From Pristiophorus japonicus (Eukaryota): 64,000 nt of DNA. Shown one piece after another: positions 12,103 to 24,009 of this stretch. Position 1 is the stretch's first letter, and the number at the start of each line of letters is the position of its first letter. Made by a program: the position numbers and the translations under genes. The stretch covers positions 217,868,001 through 217,932,000 of the forward strand of contig NC_091985.1 of NCBI RefSeq assembly GCF_044704955.1, in the 5' to 3' direction. The notes under the pieces were generated by a model that had not been told where the DNA came from, searched no databases, and saw only the letters and a program-made list of their open reading frames with translations.

Positions 12103-13858
12103 ACAGTCAGATTCGGGTGAATTTATAATGGGGAACAAAGAAATGGCAGACCAATTGAACAAGTACTTTGGTTCTGTCTTCACAAAGGAAGACACAAATA
12201 ACCTTCCGGATGTACTAGGGGTCCGAAGGTCTAGTGAGAAGGAGGAACTGAAGGATATCCTTATTAGGTGGGAAATTGTGATCGGGAAATTGATGGGATT
12301 GAAGGCCGATAAATCCCCCGGGCCTGATAGTCTGCATCCCAGAGTATTTAAGGAAGTGGCCCTAGAAATAGTGGATGCATTTGTGATCATTTTCCAGCAG
12401 TCTATCGACTCTGGATCAGTTCCTATGGACTGGAGGGTAGCTAATGTAACACCACTTTTTTAAAAAAGGAGGGAGAGAGAAAACAGGTAATTATAGACCG
12501 GTTAGCCTGACATCAGTAGTGGGGAAAATGTTGGAATCAATCATTAAGGATGAAATAGCAGCACATTTGGAAAGCAGTGATAGGATTGGTCCAAGTCAGC
12601 ATGGATTTATGAAAGGGAAATCATGTTTGACAAATCTTCTGGAATTTTTTGAGGATGTAACTCGTAGAGTGGACAGGGGAGAACCAGTGGATGTGGTGTA
12701 TTTGGACTTTCAAAAGGCTTTTGACAAGGTCCCACACAAGAGATTGGTGTGAAAAATCAAAGCACAGGGTAATGTACTGACGTGGATAGAGAACTGGTTG
12801 GCAGACAGGAAGCAGAGAGTCGGGATTAACTGGTCCTTTTCAGAATGGCAGGCAGTGACTAGTGGAGTGCCGCAGGGCTCAGTGCTGGGACCCCAGCTCT
12901 TTACAATATATATTAATGATTTGGATGATGGAATTGAGTGTAATATCTCCAAGTTTGCAGATGGCGGTGTGAGCTGTGAAGAGGATGCTAAGAGGCTGCA
13001 GGGTGATTTGGACAGGTTAGGCGAGTGGGCAAATACATGGCAGATGCAATATAATGTGGATAAATGTGAGGTTATCCACTTTGGGGGTAAAAACACGAAG
13101 GCAGAATATTATCTGAATGGCGGAAGATTAGGAAAAGGGGAGGTGCAGCGAGACCTGGGTGTCATGATTCATCAGTCATTGAAGGTTGGCATGCAGGTAC
13201 AGCAGGCGGTGAAGAAGGCAAATGGTGGCCTTCCGAGCTAGGGGATTTGAGTATAGGAGCAGGGAAGTCTTACTGCAGTTGTACAGGTCTTTGGTGAGGC
13301 CCCACCTGGAATATTGTGTTCAGTTTTGGTCTCCTAATCTGAGGAAGGACATTCTTGCTATTGAGGGAGTGCAGCGAAGGTTCACCAGACTGATTCCTGG
13401 GATGGCAGGACTGACACATGAGGAGAGACTGGATCGACTGGGCCTGTATTCACTGGAGTTTAGAAGAATGAGAGGGGATCTCTTAGAAACATATAAAATT
13501 CTGACGGGACTGGACAGGTTAGATGCAGGAAGAATGTTCCCGATGTTGGTGAAGTCCAGAACCAGGGGTCACAGTCTTAAGGATAAGGGGTAAGCCATTT
13601 AGGACTGAGATGAGGAGGAATTTCTTCACTCAGAATTGTTAACCTATGGAATTTCTTACCGCAGAGAGTTGTTGATGTCAGTTCATTGGATATATTCAAG
13701 AGGGAGTTAGATATGGCCCTTGCATCTAAAGGGATCAAGGGGTATGGAGAGAAAGCAGGAACGGGGTACTGAAGGAATGATCAGCCATGATCTTATTGAA
13801 TGGTGGTGCAGGCTCGAAGGGCCGATTGGCCTACTCCTGCACCTATTTTCTATGTTTA
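12103..13858 (+). mobile_element. 5'-truncated CR1 LINE, frameshifted RT region
   Basis: [25 protein letters not shown] motifs and 3' UTR. Confidence 0.9.
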
Positions 13859-15269
13859 TACATCGCTTGCCCTGACATCTCTAATGTATTGAATTAATTT
13901 TTCACATTTTGAAAGTTTAGATTTTTAATCCCAGCTCTTAATTGAAACCAATGCCCAAGAAAAGAGAGAAACCTTGCCGGCGACGCCCACATCCCGTGAA
14001 TGAATTTTTTTGAAACAGTTCTAAACTTGGCCAGGATAGAATGTGAATGTTTGAGGAGAGGGGTCATTAGCGTTACCTAGCTACTTACAGCCAGGGCAGC
14101 TTGTAACCATAGTTCCTGAACAGAATTGTGCCATGTGTGATCTGTGTCAAATGTTAATGCTTGCGTAGCACTTACTCTGAGCTAAAGCACTGTTTGGCTC
14201 TCTTCCCCCCCCCCCCCCCCCCCCCACCCTGCCAGTTGGAAGTAAGGCTTTGAATGTGCCCAATTGAGCAATGCCAGGTAAGAGATTTAAGGTTTGTCAC
14301 TGTGTCGACCTAAGGGTCCTTGATGACCCAGTCAGTGCCATACTGACATATTTGTCTTTACTATTAACCTTTGATGGAACTGGAGAGATGTCGACTGTGA
14401 CTCCAACAGTTTTGGCAACAGACTGTTTAGAGGAGCCGATCCCAAAAACTGCCCCAAAGTTAATACAGCCCCTTTGATCTGCTGGAGTATTTTCCCATGA
14501 ATTGTTCTCATGTTGATTACCAAAGCAATTGGTGACATAGCCTGACAAGTCTTTGAACGGTGGGGGGGGGGGGGGGCAATTTTATCCTGAGCCGCCCTAC
14601 CCCCGCAGGGAACTGCCGGGATGGACGGATGGGGGGCCAGCGCTGACTTTACAGCCCGGAGTCAGTATCGGGAGTGGGGTAATACTGGCGTCCCATCCCA
14701 TCCTATGGTGATTCCTGCCCGGCGAGTTTGGTAAAAGTGATACCCCCCACTCCCGGGTCTCTGTGTGGCAGCCTCTTCAGGGGTTTTAATTTCTCCAGCC
14801 TCCCTGCGCACGGTTTCAGCGGGTCCCCCAAGTCAGGGGGTCCCCCGTTACTGGCTGATGCTTGGCAGTGCTTACGGTCTTGTATGCATTGTCGCCATCG
14901 GGTTAATCAAGATCTGGTCAGTTACAAGCAATCTGTAAAGATACAATGGGTTTTCCTGAATTTGTTAAGGCCCCTAGTTAATACGCAGTGAGGTTGTTAC
15001 CATTCATCTGGACTTGGTTGGCTGTGAGGACGAGTGTACCCACTGTAGCCGAACTCCCTCCTCCTGCTCCAGGCCAAGCAATGGAAGATACGTTCAGGAA
15101 AGGGGTACTGAGGGAATGATCAGCCATGATCTTATTGAATGGCGGTGCAGGCTCGAAGGGCCATATGGCCTACTCCTGCACCTATTTTCTATGTTTCTAT
15201 GTTTCTATAACACAATCACTTCCCTGCTTTCCTGTGACATCACATTTTGAATCTTTTTACTTCTTATCC

Positions 15270-15990
15270 TCCCAGGTCACGTGGTGCTGTTTCGGCTGTC
15301 TGCTCGGCTGACTCACGCCCTTTGTAGGCTTGCCGCTGCTCCCGCTCTCGTGCCCTTTCCGAAGGAATGGGCGCAAGTAGGTTTTTCCCCTCGCGTTGCT
15401 TCTCTCACCACCTGCTGCAGGCCCAGTCTGGCAGCTATGTCCTTCAGGACTTTGCCAGATCGATTAGTAGTGGTGCTACCGAGCCAGTCTTGATGGACAT
15501 TGAAGTCCCCCACACAAAGTACATTCTGTGCACCTTGCTACTCTCAGTGCTTCTTCCAAGTGGTGTTCAACATGGAGGAGTACTGATTCATCAGCTGAAG
15601 GAGGGCGGTAGGTGGTAATCAGCAGGAGGTTTCCTTGCCCATGCTTGTCCTGAAGCCAGGAGACTTCATGGGGTCTGGAGTCAGTGTTGAGAACTCCCAG
15701 GGCCACACCCTCCCAAATGTATACTACTGTATCGCCACCAGTGGGACAGGACATACCCAGGGATGGTGATGGAGGAGTCTGGGACATTGGCTGAAAGGTA
15801 TGATTCTGTGAGTATGACTATGTCAGGCTGTTGCTTGACTAGTCTGGGCCATCTCTTCGAATTTTGGCACCAGTCCCCAGATGTTGGTGAGAAAGACTGG
15901 GCTGGGTGTGCCGTTGTCGGGTCCGTAGCCGGTGCGGAGGTCGATGCCAGGTGGTACGTCCGGTTTTATTCTTATTATTGTTTTTCGTAG
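15270..15990 (-). mobile_element. CR1-group LINE endonuclease fragment (distinct family)
   Basis: ITTYRPPS and GDFNVH APE motifs in broken frames. Confidence 0.7.
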
Positions 15991-16004
15991 CGGTGGATCA
16001 ATTG

Positions 16005-16370
16005 ATGAATCAATATGATCTTATTGAATGGCGGAGCAGGCTCGAGGGGCCAAATGGCCTACTCCTGCTTCTAATTCTTATGTGCTTATTCCCTAGCCCA
16101 GATCCTGTCTCTATATTAAGAGCAATGGTCCCAACACTGACCCTGGGGACACTACTGTTTCCATCCCTCCAGTCTGAAGAACATCCATTTACCACTACTC
16201 TCTGTTTTCTGCCCTTTACCCAACTTCCTCTCCACGCGGCCCCACTCCCTTTAATACTGTGAGCCTTAATTTGATCAACAAGCCTCCTGTCCGGCACCTT
16301 ATCAAACACCTTTTGACAATCCATCTGCACAACATCCATTGCATTTCCTTTCTCACTGCATTGTGTTATT
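16005..16370. mobile_element. CR1 tail (+) followed by degenerate CR1 RT fragment (-)
   Basis: 3' UTR 16005-16085; QKVFDKVP and QRVVVNG on the minus strand. Confidence 0.7.
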
Positions 16371-16449
16371 TCCTGCAATAATCCCTGCTGTCTGTCCTGA
16401 CTTAATCATTTCACTACAAATGTTGCAACGTTTACTTCTGTAGTTAGAA

Positions 16450-16800
16450 TCCCCCGCGGAGGGGTAAAGTGCTCTATCAATGACACCAGGAGCCCAGACA
16501 CGGGACCAGGCTGTGCTCTGAGCAGGCGCAGTGCCAGTGGTGGAGGTGGTCTGAGGCGGAAGAGACATTCCGCGAGTCAGTAGGAGCTTGTGAGCTCAGC
16601 GGAGGAATTGGATCCCTGGGTGGGCTGGGCAGCTTCATAAACACCTGCTGTAGGCCTCAGGCCCCGAATATGAGCCCGCAGGCTCCATGTTTGACCTGCG
16701 ATGATAGACCCGACCGCTCGGGGTAACTAGCTGAATTCTTGGACAGGATCAGGGCGCCTGCGCGGCCATCTTGGTACAGGAGCAGAGGGTGGGTGGGGTT
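16450..16800 (+). promoter_or_regulatory. CpG-rich promoter/5' region upstream of the ZNF exon
   Basis: GCAGGCGCA, GCGGAAG (ETS-like), GCCATCTTG (YY1-like) about 16765; splice acceptor ctccttttacAG ends at 17083. Confidence 0.5.
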
Positions 16801-17423
16801 TAGGGTTTCAGTGACCAGGAGAGAAAATAATTTCCTTGTTTCTTCTCAGTCTGCGCACTAGGGATGTAGAACTGAACCCAACCAGAGAAGAGGGAGTGAG
16901 AAAATTGCAGATGGAGGAAAGAAATGATGGAGGTGGTGCGATGAGTTTGGATTTCAGCACAGGGTGGAGGGAGAGTGTGTGGGATGGGAATTTACAGCTT
17001 TGGGGAACAAGAGAGGAAAGAATGTTCCATAGAAACTGGGATTGTCTGTCCTCAGTGCTGACTTTTGTAAACTCCTTTTACAGGATATTAGAAAAGGAGG
17101 ATTTACAGACGGGAAACTCGAACCAATCACAGTCACTCGATTCACCTGTATATCATCAGCCTTTGAATGTGGAAGGAGAAACGGTTGTCTGTTCTGTCTA
17201 TGAGAAAAGATATTAAACATTAGTGTGACTGGTAAAGCACCGAGACACACACACCCGAGTGAGAGTGTTCCAGTGCAGTGACTGTGGAAAGAGCTTTAAC
17301 CAGTTACATAGCCTGAAAAAACATCGCACCATTCACAGCGGGGAGAAACCGTACACATATTGTGTATGTGGACGAAGTTTCAATTGATCATCCAACCTGG
17401 AGAGACACAAGGACACCCGCACC

Positions 17424-18098
17424 ATGGAGAAACCATGGGAATGTGGAGACTGTGGGAAGGCATTCAATTGCCCCTCTGCGCTGGAAACTCATCGACGGCA
17501 TCACAACGGAGAGAGGCCATTCACCTGCCCCGTGTGTGGGAAGGGATTCACTCAGTCATCCAACCTGCTGGTACACAAGCGAATTCACACTGGGGAGAGG
17601 CCATTCACCTGCTCCATGTGTGAGAAGGGATTCACTCGTTCATCCGACCTCACTGAACACCAGCGTGTTCACACTGGGGAGAGGCCGTTTACCTGTCCCG
17701 TGTGTGGGAAAGGATTCACTCGATCATTTGACCTGTTGACACACCAACACGTTCACACTGGGGAGAGGCCATTCATCTGCTCTGAATGTGGGAAGGGTTT
17801 CACTCGATCATCCCACCTGCTGACACACCAACGCATTCATACTGGGGAGAGGCCGTTCATCTGCTCTGAGTGTGGGAAGGCTTTCAATCGATCGTCTTAC
17901 CTGCTAGCACACCAGCGAGTTCACACTGGGGAGAGGCTATTCACCTGCTCCGAGTGTGAGAAGCATTTCACTCGATCATCCAACCTGCTGAGACACCAGC
18001 GAGTTCACACTGGGGAGAGGCCATTCACCTGCTCTGAGTGTGGGAAGGGATTCACTCCGTCATCCAACCTGCTGACACACCAGCGAGTTCACAAGTGA
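17424..18098 (+). CDS. C2H2 zinc-finger protein, 8 tandem fingers, no KRAB or other effector domain visible
   Basis: 224-aa intact ORF with eight C-x2-C-x12-H-x3-H units and TGERP-type linkers; ACCATGG start context. Confidence 0.9.
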   Translation: MEKPWECGDCGKAFNCPSALETHRRHHNGERPFTCPVCGKGFTQSSNLLVHKRIHTGERPFTCSMCEKGFTRSSDLTEHQRVHTGERPFTCPVCGKGFTRSFDLLTHQHVHTGERPFICSECGKGFTRSSHLLTHQRIHTGERPFICSECGKAFNRSSYLLAHQRVHTGERLFTCSECEKHFTRSSNLLRHQRVHTGERPFTCSECGKGFTPSSNLLTHQRVHK

Positions 18099-18219
18099 CT
18101 GCAGGGGTTGGACTCTGCTGTTATTGTTGCCGTTAATCACATCCAGGACTGAAACATGTTGCCGCTGGTGGAATTAATCCCTATATCTGGGCTGGAGTTT
18201 AATTTTCTGGATATCATTG

Positions 18220-19465
18220 AATCATAGAATGGTCACAGCACAGTAGGAGGCCTTTTGGACCATCGAACCCATGCCGGCTCTCTGCAAGAGCACTTCAGCT
18301 AGTCATAAGAACATAAGAAATAGGAGCAGGAGTAGGCCACACCACCCCTCGAGTCTGCTCCACCGTTCAATAAGATCATGGCTGGTCTGATCGTGGACAC
18401 TGCTCCACTTCCCTGCCCACTCTCCATAACGCTTTATCGTTTAAGAAACTGTCTATTTCTGTCTTAAATTTATTCAATGTCCCAGCTTCCACATCTCTCT
18501 GAGGCAGCGAAGTCCACAGATTTACAACCCTCTGAGAGAAGAAATTTCTCCTCATCTCTGTTTTAAATGGGCGGCCTCTAGTTCTAGTCTCCCGCATCAG
18601 TGGAAACATCCTCTCTGCATCCACCTTGTCAAGCCCCCTCATATATGTTTTGATAAGATCACGTCTCATTCTTCTGAATTCCAATGAGTAGAGACCCAAC
18701 CTACTCAACCTTTCCTCATAAGTCAACCCCCTCATCTCCGGAATCAACCTAGTGAAACTTCTCTGAACTGCCTCCAAAGTACCCACAGGTCCTGCTGTAC
18801 TGCAGCACTTTGCAATCTTTCTCCATTTAAATAATAACTTGCTCTTTGATTTTTTTCTACCAAAGTGCATGACCTCAGACTTTCCAACATTACACTCCAT
18901 CTGCCAAATTTTTGCCCACTCACTTAGCCTGTCTATTCCTTTTGCTAATTTTTTGTGTCCTCCTCACACATTGCTTTTCCTCTCATCTTTGTATCATCAG
19001 CAAACTTGGCTACATTACACTCAGTCCCTTCTTCCAAGTCGTTAATATACATTGTAAATAGTCCCACTCCCTGCCCTTTCCCCGTGGCCCTGCAAATGTT
19101 TTATTTCATGTACTTATCAATTCCCTTTTTGAAAGCCACGATTGAATCTGCTTCCACCACCCTTTTAGGCCGTGCATTCCAGATCCTAACCACTCGCTGC
19201 TTAAAGAAAAGTTTTTTCTCATGTCGCCTTTGGTTCTTCTGCCAATCACCTTGAATCTGTGTCCTCTGGTTCTGAACTCTTCCGCCAATGGGAATATTTT
19301 CTCTCTACTCTGTCCAGACCCCTCATGATTTTAGAGCACCTCTATCAAATCTCCTTTCAACCTTCTCTGTTCTAAGAAGAACAACCCCAACTTCACCAGT
19401 CTATCCATGTAACTGAAGTCCCTCATCCCTGGAATCATTCTTGTAAATCTTTTCTGCACCCTCTG
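18220..19465 (-). mobile_element. Two nested CR1 fragments (inner copy about 18305-19063)
   Basis: Two CR1 3' UTRs; tagtc at both junctions of the inner copy. Confidence 0.8.
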
Positions 19466-19596
19466 TCAAACAACTGTCAAATAAATCAGCTTTGTTTCCT
19501 ACATACAGTGAGTCGATTCCTTGATTTCTCCAAGAGGAGGCTAATTGATGTCCTGTTACCGACTGTCCCATTTTTGAGCCTTTTCACGGCTTCTGT

Positions 19597-19708
19597 TTTA
19601 GTGATGTTCGTTGAGGGATAAATGTTAGCCAGGACACCGGAGATCTCTCTTTTCTTCGAAATAATGTCATGGAATCTTTAACGCCGACTTGAGAGGTCAG
19701 ATGGTTCT
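19597..19708 (-). mobile_element. DeuSINE (AmnSINE/SacSINE-like) Deu-domain fragment
   Basis: Reverse complement resembles the Deu core AAAGATxCCATGxCAxTATTTCGAAGAA...CCGGTGTCCTGG...TTTATCCCTCAA (recalled consensus). Confidence 0.6.
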
Positions 19709-19711
19709 GAT

Positions 19712-21372
19712 TCTTTTTTTTTATTCGTTCACGGGATGTGGGCGTCGCTGGTAAGGCCAGCATTTATTGTCCATCCATAATTGCCCTTGAGAAGATGGGG
19801 GGGGGGAGCCATCTTCTTGAACTGCTGCAGTGCGTGTGGTGAAGGTACTCCCACAGTACTGTTAGGGAGGGAGTTCCAGGATTTTGACCCAGCGATAATG
19901 AAGGAATGGCGATATGCTTTCAAATCAGGATGGTGTGTGACTTGGAAGGAAACGTGGAAATGGTGGTGTTCCCATGCGCCTGCTGCCCTTGTCCTTCTAG
20001 TTGGTAGAGGTCGTGGGTTTGTGAGGTACTGCCGAAGAAGCCTTGGCGAGTTGATGCAGTGTATCTTGTACATGGTAAACACTGCAGCCACGGTACATCG
20101 ATGATGGAGGGAGTGGATGTTTAAGGTGGTGGATGGGTGCCAATAAAGCGGGCTGCTTTGTCATGGATGGTGTCAAGCTTCTTGAGTGTTGTCGCAGTTG
20201 CATTCATCCAAGCAAGTGGAGAGTATTCCATCACACTCCTGACTTGTGCCTTGTAGATGGTGGAAAGGCTCTGGGGAGTCAGGAGGTGAGACACTCGCCA
20301 TAGAATACCCAGCCTCTGACTTGCTCTTGTTGCCACAGTATTTATGTGGCTGTTCCAGTTAAGTTTCTGGTCAATGGTAACCCCAAGGATGTTGATGGTA
20401 GGGGATTCGGCTATGGTAATGCCATTGAATGTTATGGGGTGGTGGTTAGACTCTTGCTTGTTGGAGATAGTCATTACCTGGCACTTGTGTCGTGACTGTT
20501 ACTTGCCACTTATCAGCCCAAGCCTGAATGTTGTCCAGGTCTTGCTGTACGCAGGCATGGACTGCTCCATTATCTGAGGAGTTGCGAATGGAACTGAACA
20601 CTGTGCAGTCATCAGCGAACATTCCCACTTCTGACCTTATAATGGAAGGAAGGTCATTGATGAAGCAACTGAAGATGGTTGGGCCTAGGACACTGCCCTG
20701 AGGAACTCCTGCAACGATGTCCTGGGGCTGTGATGATTGACCTCCAACTACCACAACTATCTTCCTTTGTGCTAGGTATGACTCCAGCCAGTGTAGAGTT
20801 TTCCCCCAGATTCCCATTGACTTCAGTTTTACTACAGCTCCTTGATGCCGCACTCGGTCAAATGCTGCCCTGATGTCGAGGGCAGTCACTCTCACTTTGC
20901 CTCTGGAATTCAGCTCTTTTGACCATGTTTGGACCAAGGCTGTGATGAGGTCTGGAGCCGAGTGGTCCTGGCGGAACCCAAATTGGGTATCGGTGAGCAA
21001 GTTATTGGTGAATAAGTGCCGCTTGATACCACTGTTGGTGACAACTTCCATCACTTTGCTAATGATTGAGAATAGACTGATGGGGCGGTAATTGACCAGA
21101 TTGGATTTGTCCTGCTTTTTGTGGCAGTTTTCCACATTGTCGCATCGATGCCAGTGTTGTAACTGTACTCGAACAACTTGGCTAGAGGTGCGGCTAGTTC
21201 TGGAGCACAAGTCTTCAGCACAACAGCCGGTATATTGTCGGAACCCATAGCCTTTGCTGTATCCAATGCATTCAGCTGTTTCTTGATATCACGTGGAGTG
21301 AATCGAATTGGCTGAAGACTGGCTTCCTTAGGAGGAGGCCGATATGGATCATCCTCTCGGCACATCTGGCTG
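19712..21372 (-). mobile_element. CR1-group LINE RT fragment with A-rich tail
   Basis: [29 protein letters not shown]; smaller pieces at 9060-9180 and 13975-14010. Confidence 0.85.
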
Positions 21373-21384
21373 AAGATGATTGTA

Positions 21385-22550
21385 AACACCAGCCTTTTCT
21401 TCTCAGAAGATCAAGATGTAGAACCAGTTTGTGTCAAGATAAGAAATAATAAGGGAAAGCAATCACTGGTAGGAGTAGTCTATAGGCCCCCTAACAGTAG
21501 CTACACTGCAGGACAGCATATAAATCAACAACACATGGAGGCTTGTAAGAAATACTGCAATAATCATGGGTGATTTTAATCTTTTTGATTGGACAAATCA
21601 AATTGGCAAAGGTAGCCTTAAGGAAGAATTCATAGAGTGTATTCGGGATGTTCTTAGAACAATACGATGTGGAGCCAACCAGGGAGCAGACTATTTTAGA
21701 TCTGGTAATGTGTAATTAATGATCTCATAGTAAAGGATCCTCTTGGGAAGAGTGATCATAACATGGTATAATTTCAAATTCAGTTTGAGGCTGAGAAACT
21801 TGGGTCTCATACTCGTGCCCTGAACTTAAATAAAGGCAATTACAAAGGAAGGGTAAGATGGTAGATAAGCAGTGACAGACATTTAAGGAGATATTTTATA
21901 ACTCTCAGCAAAGATATATTCCAGTGAGAAAGAAAGACTCTTAAGAAGAACCAGCCATGGCTAACTAAGAATTGTTTGAGGATGTAACTGGTAGAGTGGA
22001 CAAGGGAGAACCAGTGGATGTGGTGTATTTGGACTTTCAAAAGGCTTTTGACAAGGTCCCACACAAGAGATTGGTGTGCAAAATTAAAGCACATGGTATT
22101 GGGGGTAATATACTGACGTGGATAGAGAATGTTGGCAGATAGGAAGCACAGAGTCGGGATAAACGGGTCCTTTGCAGAATGGCAGTGACTAGTGGGGTGC
22201 CGCAGGGCTCAGTACTGGGACTCGAGCTATTTTCTGATGTTGGGGAAGTCCAGAACCAGGGGTTACAGTCTCAGGATAAGGGATAAGCCATTTAGGACTG
22301 AGAAGAGAACTTCTTCGCTCAGAGAATTGTGAACCTGTGGAATTCTCTACCACAGAAAGTTGTTGAGGCCAGTTCGTTAGATATATTCAAAAGGGAGTTA
22401 GATGTGGCCCTTACGGCTAAAGGGATCAAGGTGTATGGAGAGAAAGCAGGAATGGGGTACTGAAGTTGCATGATCAGACTTGATCATATTGAATGGCGGT
22501 GCAGGCTCGAAGGACCGTATGACCTACTCCTGCACCTACTTTCTATGTTT
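21385..22550 (+). mobile_element. Internally deleted CR1 fragments
   Basis: VGVVYRPPNS, DFQKAFDKVPH and 3' UTR. Confidence 0.8.
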
Positions 22551-23320
22551 CTGACCTCACTGCAGTACAGCGGCACTCAGATTTTCCACACCAGTTGTGT
22601 CGGGTAGTTTTATAGAAAGTTATCAGCATCCAGTCACAATACAAATCCGGCACTGGTTCATGAATGGGATCACCCGATTGATACAGTCGAGATTTATAAC
22701 TTCCTCTCCCACAGGGCTACCTGTAAAATTCTGAATCGCTTTCTGGATTATATCCACAGGTACCTGGGCTGTACCACAATTGTTCTCAGTCTATGAGAAC
22801 CAAGTTAAGGGCCTGTTCTCGATCACCTTCAACACTGTTCTGGAGAACTCAATGCACCAAAACAAAATTACCAAATTTGAAATGTCCACTTTCACACTTC
22901 TGTCTTGGTGCCTTCAATAGATGCACTTTGTGACACTCCTCACATCCTCACTGTCAAGCTGTGTTTCCACTGTTCAATGTCCAAGAGCAGACACGGTGAG
23001 ATTGGGAATCAGGAACATTTACTACTGATTTGTGAAAGAAAGCAGCAATGACTTGAAAGAGTGTGGTGATTAACTTTCTCTGTTGCCTTACACTGTACAC
23101 ACACAACCCGGGATATCTCCGCTCCCTTCCCCCACTCACTCCATGTTCCCAAACTACTTCCTGCTCCACTCTGCCTCTTACAAACAGCCCCCGATACCCC
23201 GACACAAAGCCCATTTACGGACATAGTCTCAATGTGATGAGCTGCTGGAAGGAGGCTGCTGTTTGCTCTCTTACTCGGGCCCAGGATATCTCCGCTCCCT
23301 GATGTGTTCAACGATCATCA
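22551..23320 (-). other. Diverged paralog of the 62580-63262 first exon/intron segment
   Basis: Collinear reverse-complement similarity (e.g. agtcattgctgctttct, gcatctattg, cagcagcctcctt); donor GTAAGA at 23274-23269. Confidence 0.75.
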
Positions 23321-23639
23321 GCCAAGCACAGAGGAAACGGCAGCCGCTGGCAGAGCTGGGGGAGGGGAGGTCGCAAGGGCCCTTCCCGTCGGGTTAAACA
23401 CTGGGCGGGGAGAGGGTACCGGGAAGGAGCAGGCAAGTATTTCAATGCTGGAGCGTGAAGTCTGGAGGCAGATCTGGAAGCTCAGAGGCTGCTGTCTCTG
23501 CTCAACCTGTCACTCTGATTCTGGTTCCTCCTTGCCTCTCTCACACTCTGCCTTCCTCAACCAGGTCCGGGCTGGCTTCATAAACACATCTGGATGGCGA
23601 GAGTTTATCATTCAATTTATGTTCCTGTGAAGAATTATG

Positions 23640-23951
23640 ATGTCTGGCCGAGGTAAAGGAGGCAAAGGACTGGGTAAAGGTGGAGCCAAACACCACCGTA
23701 AAGTGCTCCGTGATAACATCCAGGGCATCACCAAACCTGCCATCTGCCACCTGGATCGCTGTGGCGGTGTCAAGTGGATCTCGGGTCTGATCTACGAGGA
23801 GACCCGCGGGGTGCTGAAGGTTTTCCTGGAGAATGTGATCAGGGATGTGGTCACCTACACTGAACACACCAACCGCAAAATGGTCACAGCCATGGATATA
23901 GTGTACGCTCTGAAGCGGCAGGGCCGCACTCTCTATGGATTCGGCGGCTGA
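23640..23951 (+). pseudogene. H4: Histone H4-like; full-length frame but 11 substitutions and no 3' stem-loop
   Basis: R17H R35C R36H A38D R40C R45W A69V A76T K77N T80M V86I versus canonical H4; GGTCCG H4 promoter motif retained. Confidence 0.8.
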
Positions 23952-24009
23952 ACAACGTGACCCTGGGGCAGTTTGACTATTTTTCTGATCATTTACTCAC
24001 CAGATTGAC

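Noticed and set aside
14271-14548. Short ORFs in apparently unique sequence
   Set aside because: No recognisable domain or convincing splice context
16632-16644. 13-mer GCTTCATAAACAC shared with the H4 promoter at 23575-23587
   Set aside because: 13-bp matches are expected by chance among all position pairs in 64 kb and the flanks align poorly
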